Shown here: positions 21,639 through 43,740 of the stretch, piece after piece
Layout: the number at the start of each line of letters is the position of its first letter
How positions within the stretch are numbered: the stretch's first letter is position 1
Source: the human T2T-CHM13v2.0 reference genome, Homo sapiens
Assembly (NCBI RefSeq): GCF_009914755.1
Contig: NC_060931.1
Strand: one strand, 5' to 3'
DNA: 64,000 nt
Notes under the pieces: model-generated
What the model saw: the letters and a program-made list of their open reading frames with translations, nothing else
Database searches by the model: none
Told to the model about the DNA's origin: nothing
Made by a program: the position numbers and the translations under genes

Positions 21639-22007
21639 TGTTATGGACTGAATGTTTGTTTCCCACCCACCCTCAAATTCACATGTTGAAGCCCTGACCC
21701 TCACAGTGTGATGGTATTTGGTGGTGGGGCCTTTGGGAGGTAATTAGGTTTAATGAGGTCATGAGGGTGGGGCTTCCATGATGGGATTAGTGCCCTTAAA
21801 AGAAGAGACACCAGAGAGCAGGTTTCCTCCTTCTCTCCACCGTGAGAGGAGAGAAGAGTAGCTGTCTGCAAGTCCGGAAGAGGGACCTCACCAGAAACTG
21901 AACCCTGCCAGAACCTTGACTGTGGACTTCCCAGGCTTCAGAACTGTGAGAAATAAATATCTGTTCTTTAAGCCACTCAGTTTATGGTATTTTAGCTCAC
22001 TTAGACA
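21639..22007 (+). mobile_element. MLT1A-like MaLR solo LTR
   Basis: tgttatggactgaatgtttg...ttagaca; TSD ccctg/cccta. Confidence 0.85.
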
Positions 22008-22250
22008 CCCTATGTTAACAGCTATCCTAGCCAGTGGGTTATTACTCATCTGTGTCTCCCACAGATGGCAGGCACTTCGAAGGCAGGGACTATGTCTCTC
22101 AGTAAACCTCTCTGGGACCCTTGGCCTGGCACATAAACCACACTCTGCAGATGCTTGTCACATGACAAAAAGAGTGTGTGAATACATTTGTGCTTGCAGG
22201 AGATGGAATTTGAGCTGGGCCCTGAAAATAGATTTTAAAAGCTATGAAAA

Positions 22251-22375
22251 GGCTGGACACAGTGGCTCTTTCATGCCTATAATCCCAGCACTTTGGGAGG
22301 CTGAGGTGAGTAGATCGCTTGAGGTCAGGAGTTTGAGACCAGCCTGGGCAACATAGCAAGATCCTGTTTCCACTA
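22251..22375 (+). mobile_element. FLAM-like Alu monomer
   Basis: Left arm only. Confidence 0.8.
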
Positions 22376-22389
22376 ATTTTTTTTTTCCA

Positions 22390-22490
22390 AGAGAGATTAA
22401 GTGATTTGTCTAAAGTCATATGGCTACTAAGTGGTAGGTCTGGTTCCAAACCTAGGCACACTGACTCCAGTTCATTCCATTTATTATGCT
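22390..22490 (-). mobile_element. MIR
   Basis: gagagattaagtgatttgtctaaagtcata. Confidence 0.6.
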
Positions 22491-22542
22491 TTTAGAGGGA
22501 AAAGGAGTCAGCTGAAAAGGAGACTAGTTCAAATAAACCAGC

Positions 22543-22929
22543 TATATTAGTCTGTTCTCACACTGCTATAAAGAACTACCTGAGACTGGGTAATTTAAAG
22601 AAAAGAGGTTTGATTTGGCTCATGGTTCTCCAGGCTGTACAGGAAGCATGGCTGAGGAGGCCTCAGGAAACTTACAATCACAGTGAAAGTTGAAGGGGAA
22701 AGCCAGCATGTCTTTCATGGCCAGAGTAGGAGGAAGAGAGGGAGCAGGGAGGTGCTACACACTTTTAAACAACCAGATCTTATGAGAACTCACTCACTGT
22801 CATGAGAATGGCACCAAAGGGGAAATCCACCCCTATGATTCAATCACCTCCCACCAGGTCCCACCTCCAACACTGGGGATTACAATTTGACATGAGATTT
22901 GGGCAGGGACACAGACCCACACCATATCA
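22543..22929 (-). mobile_element. MSTA MaLR solo LTR
   Basis: tatattagtctgttctcacactgctataaag...ccatatca; TSD ccagc/ctagc. Confidence 0.9.
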
Positions 22930-22946
22930 CTAGCCTGGTGCTAGTC

Positions 22947-23249
22947 TTTTTTTTTTTTTTTTTTTTTTTTTGAGCAGTCTCACTCTGTCGCCCAGGCTGG
23001 AATGCAGTGGAGCTATCTCAGCTCACTGGAATTTCTGCCTTCTTGGTTCAAGCAATTCTCCTGCCTCACCTTCCTGAGTAATTGGGACCACAGGCGCGTG
23101 TAACCACACCTGGCTAATTTTTGTATTTTAGTTGACACGGGGTTTCGCTGTGTTGGCCAGGCTGGTATCAAACTCCTGGCCTCAAGTGATCCACCCACCT
23201 CAGCCTCCCAAAGTGCTGGGATTATAGGCATAAGCCACCAAGCCCGGCC
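22947..23249 (-). mobile_element. AluS
   Basis: Full dimer. Confidence 0.92.
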
Positions 23250-24160
23250 TGCCTAGGGCTATTCAATGCCATTGTTTAAAATTCCTCAAGCTATGGTGCT
23301 GATGCTTTCAGAAAGGAACAAGCCTTTGACATCAGCGTGTTACTCCTGATACCTAACCTACAGCACCCTGGTTGCATTTTAATGAAGAATGCCACCTTCC
23401 CTCTGTTTAGCTGCCGGGGGCGTTTGGATCTGCTGCCGATTGATTATTATTACACATCCTTGAAGACAGTATATCTATTAACAGTTGTTCCAGTTACTTA
23501 AAAATGTGAGCTTCTTATGCTTTTCCTTTACTTCTGGCCCTTGAGTTCAAGCTCCCCCTCCGTGGTCACTTTTCTCTTGACAGCTCAGTTATCTTACATC
23601 TCTCTGGCAAGTGGAGACCCTGCACAGCTCATGGAAGCCTCTGGCACTCAAGGTCCCCATAGGTCTCAGAGAAGACAAGATTACATTTCCATGAATGTGC
23701 TTCCATGCATATTTTGCAATTTCAGAGTTGTCCATATGCCCGAAGAAATATCTTATACTGAGGCCAATAAAAGACATTAACAGGCGCAAAGCTTAGAACC
23801 ACCAGAATTTAGCCAAAAGGGTCTCTAGGCCTTTCTCTCCAAACAACTTTGTGGGTTTTTTTTCCTTTTTTTGCTCCAGATTTATTTCTCAATGTGCTTT
23901 ATTTTCTAATAATTGAACATTTATAAAATAGCACCTCATGTGCACCTAGCAAATGTGCAAACCGTTTCATAATTAAAGAGATGTCTAGTCCCTAAAACCT
24001 GACAGGTGTGGTTAAAACATATGATTTGCTTAGCGTTTTAGTGGAATGTGTGACTAAAGGTCAGAGCCTCACTCTGATCACCAGCTGAAACAATGCTCAG
24101 ATGCTCAGAGCATCCAGCCAGTATGTGTGAAGCCCCACCTTGCCGTTATAGTTATCATAG

Positions 24161-24465
<305 letters not shown>

Positions 24466-25197
24466 ATCATAGCTATTGTTTGATCAAGAAAGCCCCATTC
24501 CTTGTAGTGATACAGCAGGATTCTTCAGAAAGACAGAAAAGGGCCATTTGGAGAAAACAAAATGCTAAATCTAGAAACATTCTGGGTTCCCGATGGTTGT
24601 TTTTTTCCCCAAGTCATCTGAGAGACGTTTCTTATTCCATAGCAGATGTCTGGCCATGAACATCATAACCTAATTAATTATTATGGCTATTTATAGGTAT
24701 GACTTGCATGTAGAACATTAATAATCACAACAATGACTATTAACAAGAATGAATTGCCCATGTATTGAGCTTTATGACTCACAAAATAATTTCACTTATT
24801 TAATTTTATTTTAGATTCTTCCAACAACCCAAGGAGGTAGTCAAGGTAGGTGATATGGTTGGGATTTGTGTCCCCACCCAAATCTCATGTGGAATTGTAA
24901 TCCTCAATGTTGGAGGAGGGGCCTGGTGGGAGGTGACTGGATCACAGGGGCGGATTTCCCCCTTACTGTTCTCGTAATAGTGAGTTCTCATGAGATCTGG
25001 TTGTTTAAAAGTGTATAGCACCTCCCTCTTTGCTCTATCTCCTGCCACTGCCATGTAAGACTTGTCTCCTTCCTCTTCATTTTCCACTATGATTGTAAGT
25101 TTCCTGGGGCTCCCCAGCCATGCTTCCTGTACAGCCTGTGGAACTGTGAGCCAATTAAGTCTCTTTTCTGTATAAATTACCCAATCTCAGGTAGTTC

Positions 25198-25794
<597 letters not shown>

Positions 25795-26554
25795 TTCACG
25801 TAGTTCTTTATAGCAATGTGAGAACTGACTAATATTGTAGTATTCCCATTTTAGTCTTTCAACTTCATAGGTAAGGAAATTGAACCACAGGAGTTTCTGA
25901 ATAATATGTAATTGGAGGGAAAGAGCCTTGCAGGCTGTGTTTATCTTTAGATTGGCAGAAGAATGAGTATAATCTCAAGAGTTATGATTTATCTTAAGAT
26001 ATCCAGAGTTTAAGTACTTAAACTATCTCTACACTGTGAGTATTTATGTAGTCAAGTGAACTCTCTCAAGGCCCAGCTGTTCCCTATCTTGCAGATGAAA
26101 TCAGCTGAGAAACTGTCCATCACATATGCTACCTGAAGAGTACAAACTGAGTCATCATCAATTTGAGACAAGACAAGGTTCAGTTTTGAGGCTAAATGAC
26201 CTCAAACTTTCAGAACATCATATCAGACCATTTTTGGCTCATTTAGGTAATGGGACAACATGGTTTCCATGTATTCCTCCCGTGATGAATGTGGGTGACC
26301 CATTTCCTTCATCAGTGTCAATAATTCACATTAATATTTAGAGAGTTTGTCAAAGAGTATTTGCTTAGAAGATTTGATTCTGTTGTAGACCCTGTGAGCC
26401 AGGATGAGTTCTAGTAATACTGTGTTCCCATTTTTCAGACAAGGAAACCAAGGTACAGTTAAAAGGCATTCAAGTATTTACAGCACACCTACTATGTGAC
26501 AGGTGCCACACAGTGCTAGGGGTACAATGAAAAGAAAATGCAGGTGTATTTTAA

Positions 26555-26735
26555 AAATTAGCCAGATGTAGTGGTGCACACCTATAGTTCCAGTTACTCA
26601 GGAGGCTGTGGTGGGAGGATTGCATGAGGCTGGAAGACAAAGGTTGCAGTGAGCCATGATCACACCAGTGCACACTAGCCTGGGCAAGAGAACAAGACCT
26701 TGTCTCAAAAAAAAAAAAAAAAAAAAAAAAAAAAA
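26555..26735 (+). mobile_element. Alu right arm (FRAM/J fragment)
   Basis: Monomer with long poly-A. Confidence 0.85.
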
Positions 26736-27391
<656 letters not shown>

Positions 27392-27505
27392 TCATTTCTT
27401 ACTGTTTGATGTGGGAAATAATCAAATATTTGTGCCAACAAATGTAAAATTTTAACTGAATGTGGTGCTGCTTTCATTGACATATTCCATCAAACCATTG
27501 TACAA

Positions 27506-27801
27506 AGCCAGGCACAGTGGCTTACACCTGTAATCCCAGTGCTTTGAGAGGTTGAGGTGGGAGGATCACTTGAGCCCAGAAGTTTGAGACCAGCTTGGGC
27601 AACATGGCAAAACTCTTTCTCTACAAAAAACACAAAAATTAGCCAGGCATAGTGGCACACACCTGTAGTCCTAGCTACTCAAGAGGTGGGAGGATCACTT
27701 GAGCCTAGGAGTTCGAGGCTGTAGTGAGCTATGATTGCACCACTTTTCTCTAGTGTGGGCAACAGAGTGAGACCCTGTCTCAGAAAAAAAAAAAAAAAAA
27801 A
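27506..27801 (+). mobile_element. AluJ
   Basis: Dimer. Confidence 0.9.
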
Positions 27802-27807
27802 GGGTCC

Positions 27808-28146
<339 letters not shown>

Positions 28147-28171
28147 CTACATTGTCAAAAATCACATTCCT

Positions 28172-28321
28172 GGCCTGGCACAGTGGCTCACACTTCTAAT
28201 CCCAACACTTTGGGAGGCCAAAGTGGGCGCATTGCTTGAGCCCAGGAGTTCGAGACCAGCCTGGGCAATATTACAAGACCCTATCTCTACTAAACAAAAA
28301 AAAAAAAAAAAAAAAAAGAAA
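28172..28321 (+). mobile_element. FLAM-like monomer
   Basis: Left arm plus poly-A. Confidence 0.85.
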
Positions 28322-28322
28322 G

Positions 28323-28572
28323 GCCAGGTGGGGTGGCTCAGGCCTGTAATCCCAGCACTTTGGGAGGCTGAGGCGGGTGGGTCACTTGCAGTCAGGAGTT
28401 CGAGACCAGCCTGGCCAGCATGGCAAAAACCCGTCTCTAGTAAAAATACAAAAACTTGCCAGGCGTGGTGGCACATGCCTATAATTCCAGCTACTCGGGA
28501 GACTGAGGCATGAGTATCACTGGAACCCAGAAGGTGGAGGTTGCCTTAAATAAAAATAAATAAATAAATAAA
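28323..28572 (+). mobile_element. AluS with right-arm 3' deletion
   Basis: ...ggaggttgc joins directly to (TAAA)n. Confidence 0.88.
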
Positions 28573-29205
28573 CAGGGTCTGGGGTTGAATTACAGCTCTG
28601 GGCACTTCCAGCCCTGGCATTATAGGTCTTTATAGCAGACCCAGACCCATTTGATGGCATGGCACCTTGGGAAGGGGGAGAAAAGGAAGAGGGATGCAGA
28701 GAGAGAGAGAGAAAACAGGCATTTCTCTTGCCTCTAGAAAGATGTTTAAAGTTAGGTTGAACTAGAATAGAATCAATTGAGGTGTGTAAATCAGATCGCA
28801 TTTTAAGTGCTCAGAGAAGCTGCTATTTTTAAAAAAAGAACTCCTGAAGGCAATCTTCAGTAAAGTGAGGAGTTCTTTTGTAGAAGGCATAAATGCCCCT
28901 GGATTTATCCTCTTTTAATCGCCTAAACGTTTGTCTATCAGGTTTCCATAAGGCACTAGGTACATTTGTGCCTAATAACAATGAGTAGTAAAGTTAATGG
29001 TTGAGATGCTCTGATAAAGAGTAATGCTTGACTTCCTCTTTGAATTCTCTCTTACACTGCGTTTGGCTTTGAAAAGTACTTTTCCCTTTGTACTCCAGCC
29101 TCTGAAATCATCCTTATAAAGTCACTTCATGTAGGAGACAGTGCGGAAGATGTTCTCTTTCCGAGAGCATGGTATGATAGGCATCCAAAATACCTTCTTT
29201 AATTA

Positions 29206-29848
<643 letters not shown>

Positions 29849-29891
29849 AGAACCATCTTCTGGAAATGGATGGATGATGTGTAATGAATGA

Positions 29892-30329
<438 letters not shown>

Positions 30330-30899
30330 TAGCACTCCGGCCTCCATTTACAGCCACCGCTTCCTCTGCTCCACAAAGACAAGCTGTCTAAGTTAATCCA
30401 TTAGTTAGCCTTCTGCATTTACACATAACACATGGTGCTCCATGCTTCATTAGGATGGACAAGGTGTTCCAGTCGCCATGTCCCTGCATAGAACGTACTG
30501 CGGTTGCTGTCCCCAAACAAATGCTTTCATACTCTGCACCCTTCCTGCCTCCGTCCGCAGCCTCTCTCCTCACTCTACGAACCTGGACAAAGCCTTCTGA
30601 TCTCCTGCCAGCAACCACTTCTGTGTTGATTAATACTTCCGTCTCGCTCTGTGCCATGCCAAACCGAGCTGGGTTTGCTGCCCGTCCAGAAGAGCAAGAG
30701 CTATGCAGCTGGACAGATCTGTCGGCCCAGGGCAGGCACTAGACACAAGGTGATTAAGGAAGATAATGATGAATGAAGGACTCACAGGTGAAAAATGACC
30801 TCTTTGCAATCCTTATTGATCCACCAGCTGAGGTCTTTTTTATGTGGAACCTAAATTTGACATTTCAAATTGAACCTGAATCTCGAATAGCTCATGCAA

Positions 30900-31075
30900 T
30901 TTTAGAACTGGCAGTGATTTTAGATGGAATCCAGTATGTTGCCTAGATGGGGAAACTGAGGCTCACAGCATGAAAGTGACTTGCCTAAAGTAACAGAGTG
31001 TTAATGGCAAAGCTAGGGCTAGGACACAGATCTGAGGCTCAGGTTGCTGTCCTGGGCCAGGGCTAGGTCACCATT
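30900..31075 (-). mobile_element. MIR
   Basis: agatggggaaactgaggctcacagcatgaaagtgacttgcctaa. Confidence 0.75.
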
Positions 31076-31187
31076 CCCGACTGCAGGGCTGTTTTCTTCT
31101 GCACAACCTAGGTTTTGTCAGTGAGCTAATGTTGTCTGTAAAGCATTCTTTTTACTGTCCCTTTGGGAGCCAAGGTCCAAATTATAA

Positions 31188-31527
<340 letters not shown>

Positions 31528-31681
31528 TCTACAAAAGATTTTTTTAAAAAATAGCTAGGTATGGTGGTGCACACCTGTAGTCTGAGGCGGGAGGATCACT
31601 TGAGACTGGAATTTCGAGGCTGCACTCCAACCTGGGCAACAGAGGGAGACCTTATCTCTAAAAAATAATAATAAAATAAAA
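31528..31681 (+). mobile_element. AluJ fragment (linker plus deleted right arm)
   Basis: tctacaaaa...tagctaggtatggtggtgcacacctgtagt. Confidence 0.8.
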
Positions 31682-32061
31682 GAAGATGGACAGGGTGACG
31701 TATGGTGCTTAGGGAAAGGAAAACCAGTCTTACAGGGAGTAGCCAAGAAATGGCTCTTCTCCTTTTGGAGAGAGCTATCTTTTCTAAGAAGCATTTGACT
31801 TTGGGATTTATTTCTCCATGCAATGAACAACACGAGGATGAAATGAAGCTCCACCAAAACGAGCCCTGGCAGTCAGAGGCAACGGGGGGATGGAACTCCC
31901 TCTTAATGGGCAACCAAGAGTAACACCTGGATTGGCGAGAAATGCAAACTGCCTGGAAGCAGAGCAGGGCAGGCTCCACCCACGGTGTATGACAGATGCG
32001 GATTTCCCAGTTGAAATGTAAACCGCCCCAGGAACTCTTACTGGCACCATCTCAGTGATCA

Positions 32062-32450
<389 letters not shown>

Positions 32451-32464
32451 CATATATAAATAAA

Positions 32465-32580
32465 TATAGTAAAATGTTGATAATAGAATTTAGGTAGTGA
32501 GTATGTAGGTATATACTGTACAACTCTTTCAATTTTTCTGAAAGTTTAAAAGTTTTCAAAATAAAATATGAGGGAAAGTG
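32465..32580 (+). mobile_element. Old L1 3' end (L1MC/ME-like)
   Basis: aatttaggtagtgagtatgtagg...ctttcaatttttctgaaagtttaaaagttttcaaaataaaa. Confidence 0.6.
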
Positions 32581-32607
32581 AATCTTAAAAGTTAAATAAG
32601 TACTTGT

Positions 32608-32908
<301 letters not shown>

Positions 32909-32909
32909 C

Positions 32910-33318
32910 TAACACCATTTCAAACTTCCCAACCCTCATCTGCTTTTCCTGCCGTCTCTATAAAGCTTGGCAGCTAAATATTTACTTACCTCCCTCGCTG
33001 CTAGGGGTAGACACATGGCATGGTTCTGGTCAGTGAGACATTAAGGGAACTCTACTGGGCTTTTTGGGGAAAGTTTTCACTTAGTTGGTACTGCCCCTTC
33101 CTGACTTGAATACAAACATGGTATCTGGAGCTGCAGCAGCCCTTGCAACTGCAAAGGAAAATCTAAAAGAATCCAACTCCCACCCTGGCCTTATTAAGCC
33201 ACAAAACCAATGTTAGCAGCTACCCATCTCCAGACTTGCTGGCTGTGTTAGAAAAATAAACCCTTATTTGTTTTAGCCACTGTTAGTCAAGTTTTCTGCA
33301 GCTGAAACATTCTGAGCA
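32910..33318 (+). mobile_element. Old MaLR LTR (MLT1H/I/J-like)
   Basis: ctggagctgcagcagcc...ctccagactt...aaaataaaccct...agccactgttag. Confidence 0.65.
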
Positions 33319-33666
33319 GAGGCAGAAGTGTAAAACCACCTGGTTTTCAGGTAATTGCAAGCAATTTGATGGCTACAGCCAGAGTCTGGGGACAAAAATG
33401 TGAATCAAGAGATGGAGCCAAAGAGGTAGGAAGAGGCCAGATCCTGCAGGGCTCTTTGCTATTCTGGGGACTTCAAATTCTCTGAAAGTAGCGCAGCTTG
33501 GGGGAAACCTGTTCAGATTCCCTTTCACAGCCATGATTCTTAAGCTTTTGTAAAGATCAGAATCATCTGGGGTTGAAAATATACAGTTCCCAAGCCCCAC
33601 AGCCACAGGCAGAGATTCTGATTGTAGCTGTCAGAATCACACCCATATCCCTCCAACTTCTCCTCT

Positions 33667-34012
33667 TTTTTTTGAGACAGAGTCCATTTTTTTTGTGCAC
33701 ACTGGATTACAGTGGTGCAATCATGGCTCACTGAACTTCTGGGCTCAAGCCATCTTCCCACCTCAGCCTCCCAGGTAGCTGGGACTACACGTACATGAAA
33801 CCATGCCCAGCTAATTTTTTTTTGGTAGAGACGGCATCTCACTGTGTTGCCCAGGCTGATCTTGAACTCTTGGACTCAAGTGGTCCTCCTACCTCCAGCC
33901 TCCCCAGTAGCTGAAACTACAGATGTGCCACCACCATGCCTGGCTAATTATTTTATTTAATTTTTTGTACAGACAAGGTCTCACAGTGTTGCCCAGGCTG
34001 GTCTCAAACTCC
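33667..34012 (-). mobile_element. AluJ, three-monomer structure
   Basis: Right arm, hybrid monomer, partial left arm. Confidence 0.85.
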
Positions 34013-34472
34013 TACATAACCCCTCCTTTATGGGGAGCTTCCATGACTAGTCCCTGAACACTAAAGATTCCTACCTTTGTATCTCTGTGTCTTTCTGCCT
34101 GGGGATTTTCTCTGGTCACAGAAGCATGCTGTGTGCACACACAAGGCAGGCCAGAATTATCAGGGAGTCCACGCCCCCAGCAGCAACCTTCAACCAATGA
34201 GAAACAGGAGCTCCAGCTTTCTTGCTTGTCAGTGAGACACTACTGAGGTGCCTTGCAGTCTCTCAGGAGGTCCCCTTGGGGCTGACCCTCAGGTGGCCAT
34301 GGTGATAAATAACCTTCTCATTAATATAGCCTTTATTGCTTTTCCTTCCTTCCTTCCCCACTTCCCTTCTCCAGACCCCTTTCAGGGAGCTATTGGGATC
34401 ATCTCTCAAGTAAACTCCTGGCACTCAAATCCTTGTCTAAGCCTCTGCTTCAGCAGAACCCAAAGTAAGACA
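34013..34472 (+). mobile_element. LTR16-like ERVL LTR
   Basis: ttgggatcatctctcaagtaaactcctggcactcaaatccttgtct...cccaaagtaagaca. Confidence 0.7.
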
Positions 34473-34496
34473 CTGATTCAAAATACTTGGAATGCA

Positions 34497-35262
<766 letters not shown>

Positions 35263-35263
<1 letters not shown>

Positions 35264-35306
35264 ACACACACATACACACACACACACCCACACACACACA
35301 CACACA
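35263..35306. repeat. (CA)n microsatellite
   Basis: Imperfect CA run. Confidence 0.93.
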
Positions 35307-35828
35307 AAATGCTTGGGGTGGGGAACAGGACTCTGCATTTAACCATCATCACTCTCTAAGAACTCAGATATGCAGATTCAACCTCTATCCCTCTGCCCCA
35401 AGTAAATTTTCCTATTGACGCTGTCAGACAAATTTGTAGATTAGACTGAAATTCCTCAGTGACAAGCAGATTTTTCAGTTGAGTTGAGACCAAGAGATTT
35501 AGCAAATTCTCTAGCTAATTCAGTTAATCTATGAAAAGTTTCCAAACATAAGCATTTTCAAACATAAGACCTAAGTACAAATCAGCTTATGACATGGAAA
35601 GTAATAACCAGGATATTGTCAAAACCCTACTACATAATAAATAAGGATAAAGAATCCTAAATGTTCCTTACCTCATAACACCCAGAATCATTTTGTCTAA
35701 ATTAATTAATATTTAGTATCTATTCTTTCAGTTGCTTTCAAATGAGAAATTTATCTTTCACAGAAAAAGAGAGGAAAAGTTGATCTTAGTTGAAGCAATG
35801 ATACTAATAGTGTTTAGGGGTTAGGTAA

Positions 35829-36218
<390 letters not shown>

Positions 36219-36392
36219 TGAGAGGAGGAGCTGATGGCGAAGAAAAGGACATAAGAGAGGTCAGAGTGGAAAATGTTCTTGAGTTCGTCTAATGAGACAA
36301 TCCTCTCCAGATGAGTGGACCAAAGCAAGTAATATAATGTCCCATTATCGTAAGCTATGGCTTATGAGGTTTTTTTTTAAAGTATCATTTAA

Positions 36393-36750
<358 letters not shown>

Positions 36751-36752
36751 GG

Positions 36753-37227
<475 letters not shown>

Positions 37228-37463
37228 TAGTTCCCACATGGGCTAAAGTGGAATTCAAAGGAATTTTCCCTCAGGTGCCTTCACAGGCCTGGGGATGCTG
37301 GTGGTTGTCTCATGAAAACTACAAATAATTTTAATTAATTGAGGTCATGTAGACAGCACCCAACTCATCCTGAAAACATAACAAGCCCCCACTTACTTGG
37401 TTAGTTGTTCTCCTCTTGACTGAATTAGTTGAGCCAGTGTGTATAACTTGAACAGGTAAGATC

Positions 37464-37771
<308 letters not shown>

Positions 37772-38112
37772 AACTTGGACAGGTAAGATCAGAAAGATGC
37801 TTGTAGCCCTCTCAAGTTTTAAGGAGAGAAATTACACTACTATATACATCCCAATATATCACATGATGCTTTTTACCTATTCCATTTTGTTTTGTTATCT
37901 TGTCAGTCTTTCAGGTAGGACTAGCTTTTTTATCCTAATTAGACAATTACACATCATGATACACTAATTTGTTAACCTATGTTCACAAATCATTTAATTA
38001 CCACTGCTGGCTTTGATGTGCTGTTACTATTCGGTTATGGGAGTAAATAATTCAACAGCTAACAGAAAGAAACTCATTATTTTCTGAGAGATATTGTTGT
38101 TATTTTCAGTGT

Positions 38113-38166
38113 TTTAAAAACACTTTAATCAAAACTTTAAAAATACTTCAATCAAAACTTTAAAAA
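38113..38166. repeat. 23-bp tandem duplication
   Basis: tttaaaaacactttaatcaaaac / tttaaaaatacttcaatcaaaac. Confidence 0.8.
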
Positions 38167-38284
38167 AATATTACGTTGTTTGTATAGTAGTAAGTAAAAG
38201 AGTATTCATTGCTTTCATATAAATAATTATTTAGAGGACCAAATAACAGCTTCTGAAATTCACAATGAATAGAATCCTTGTTAA

Positions 38285-38601
<317 letters not shown>

Positions 38602-38607
38602 GAATAA

Positions 38608-38918
<311 letters not shown>

Positions 38919-39467
38919 AGGATTCTTAAAGTAGACTAATTTTTTGTTCTTCAGGCCAATTCACAGACAATCTCCCATGACGGTATAATTTTTTTAATGC
39001 AGCGTCTAATATTGATTTGTGAAGCACTTTGATGACTGGAGACAAGAGGAGCAATCTCCTTCCTATTTGATGCTGCTATCTACTGTCACTCAAACTTTCT
39101 TGATCTTCTAGAACCATTCATTCCATTTGGTAAGCACTCTGGGTCGCTGCCACATCCTGGGAGCTGTAGGTGCTTTGGGGTTCTTTCCCTTCCTCCTTGA
39201 TGAATGGGGAAACCAGGCTGCCAGGTGCAAACTCCCAGCAGGTTTCACAACTGTTTCTGCTAGGAGTTTGCATTCAGGATCAATAATATCATTATGCGTT
39301 TCTGTGCAAACATCAAAATTACTCTATGCAATTAAGCTCCTACCTTTGCTGCACTCCCCCAGGAAGAAAATATCCTAAGAGAGGAGGAGAGGTTTCTATG
39401 TGAAGCTTTGTGATAATATTATTGACCCATATTGTCATTTACTGCATAACATATGCACATTTAGACT

Positions 39468-40096
<629 letters not shown>

Positions 40097-40129
40097 TCAA
40101 ACTGTTTTTTATCTTTTAGGTTCTTGTCG

Positions 40130-40282
40130 TTTCTCTTCAACTATACTGTGAATTTCAGGCCTGAGGCTGTGCCTCTACCTTGATGAAATCTTTGTATTAC
40201 CCAGAAAAGCGCCCAGCACATAGTAGGTTCTCAAAGAAATATTTGTGGCTGTTGAGCAATAAAAGTGAGAATGCAATGAATA
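40130..40282 (+). mobile_element. L2 3' end
   Basis: gcccagcacatagtaggttctcaaagaaatatttg. Confidence 0.7.
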
Positions 40283-40880
40283 AAGTAACTTTTTCCTTTG
40301 TAACTCAAGGTATGGGTATAAGGTTCCTATTTTCCTGATATGACAAAATATCCCTTTATGAAGCTTTTTCTGGGAGACTTTTAGGTGGCATTGTATGCTT
40401 CCTCTGCATGCAAACTCACTTTTAATCTTCAGAAAAACACACCAACTGAACACTAATCCAAGGCATAGAAACGCAGACCTTCCCTACATCTCCTGTTAGG
40501 ATTAAATAAAAGCCGATGCAGTAGTATATTTGCATTCTTCCTTTATCCTCTATCAGTCAGCAGCTTTAGTCGTAGCCCACAGTTACTTTCTGACAGTTTT
40601 CATCTTCATTTCCTTCCAGAACAGCAAGAAAAGTGATATTAGCAGTAAGACTTGAAGACAGTCCTCTAACTCTTGAAGATTTTGTTGGGAAGTTGACTGA
40701 ACATCCTGTCTGGCTTCTGAGGCATTAGGTATAACATCTTATAATAATGTGGGGTAATACTACAGTGATTCCTCCTGACAAGGCACAGAGATAGGGCAGT
40801 CCTGCAGCCCGCAATGCTGGCGCAGCCTGGAGGTACAGGGAACAGCATGTGTGCTGCTCACCATCATTAGGGAGGTGCTA

Positions 40881-41936
<1,056 letters not shown>

Positions 41937-42762
41937 TCCGAACATCTTAGAATCTTCAGTGATCATGTAAATAGCCAAGTTCCCTAAATATATACAAGTC
42001 TTGTATTGGAATGGATTTGAAAATTTAAAGAGGCCTGTGAAACTCACACAACACTCTTTCCTTTTAGTCTCCATGCTTGTGACGTTGTAGGACACCTTCA
42101 GTCCTAGGTATAGACACATTCTTGGGAACAGGGAAAGCACTCTCTGGTTTACACTCCAGTACCGTATCCTCCTGCAGCCTTGGAAAGCAGCTTCAAATTG
42201 CTAGCTAAATACAAGTAAGGATGTGTTGAAGGAGGTTTCCTGCTTTTCCTGTTAGTTGCAAGAATTGCCAACAGTGATTGGGCTCTGTGTGTGTATGTAC
42301 GTGTGCAAATAGCAAAGATCAAACTGCTTATTAATCCAAGTCAGGGCAAGGAGGAAGAAGCTATCAGCAAAAATAAGTGATTTCTTTTTAGGGTTTTACT
42401 CTGAAGACAAAAATTTTTTAATGAAATGAGACCTTCTGCCCTTTCCCTGGCACCAGGACATTTTCCCTTCACACCAGGGACCTCCCACAGTGAACCATGA
42501 ACGCTGAGTCTCAGAGCCTAACGTTTCTTTTCGTTCAGTTCCCATTGTTTAGTCATTCATACCTTGTATTCCAGCCATTGTCATTCATCTCTTCTGCTTA
42601 GTATCACTAGCCAGTTTTCTTTTCTAACTTTTGCATAAGAAAATACTCAGGCACATTTTTAGAAAACGTACATTGGGACGTGAGTTATGTGAGTAATACA
42701 GAACTTGGAAGCTATTTAAATAGAGATTGCAAAGTGGTTAAAAGTCTGTAAAATAAAATCAC

Positions 42763-43040
42763 CTAAAATCCCAACACTTTGGGAGGCCAGTGTGGGAGGA
42801 TGGCTTCAGCCAAGGAGTTTCAAACCAGCCTGAGCAATATAGTCAGACCGTGTCTCTAAAATGAAAAAAAAAAAATTGGCAGAGTGTGATGGTGTGAGCC
42901 TATAGTCCCAGCTACTCAGGAGGCTAAGGCTGGAGGATGGCTTGAGCCCAGGAGGTGGAGGTTGCAGCGAGCTGAGATTGTACCGTTGCTCTCCAGCCTG
43001 GGCAACACAGCAAGACCCTGTCTCAAAAAATAAAAAATAA
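42763..43040 (+). mobile_element. AluJ
   Basis: Slightly 5'-truncated dimer. Confidence 0.88.
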
Positions 43041-43052
43041 GACATTGCTTTT

Positions 43053-43178
43053 GCTGGGCATGATGGCTCATACCTGTAATCCCAGCACTTCAGGAGGCCA
43101 GGGTGGGAGGATTGCTTGAGGCCAGGAGTTTGAGACCAACCCTGGCAACATAGGGAGACCCTCTCTCTACAAAATAAC

Positions 43179-43227
<49 letters not shown>

Positions 43228-43370
43228 TTAACCAGACATAGTGATGTGTGCCTGTAGTCTCAGCTACTCAGGAGGCTGAGGCAGAAGGATCGCTTGAACC
43301 CAGGAGTTTGAAGCTGCAATGAGCTATGGCCACTGCACTCCAGCCTGGGCAATATACTGAGACCCTGTAT
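43053..43370 (+). mobile_element. AluJ with (AAT)n linker
   Basis: AAT repeat ~43178-43225. Confidence 0.9.
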
Positions 43371-43392
43371 GCTGTCTTAAACAAAACAAAAG

Positions 43393-43740
<348 letters not shown>

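Noticed and set aside
23408-23425. CTCF-like gctgccgggggcgt (similar at ~34165-34180)
   Set aside because: Mismatches in the 5' half of the core motif; unsupported without ChIP data
30388-30742. ORFs on both strands in a mildly GC-rich stretch
   Set aside because: No homology I recognise; sequence resembles a decayed L2
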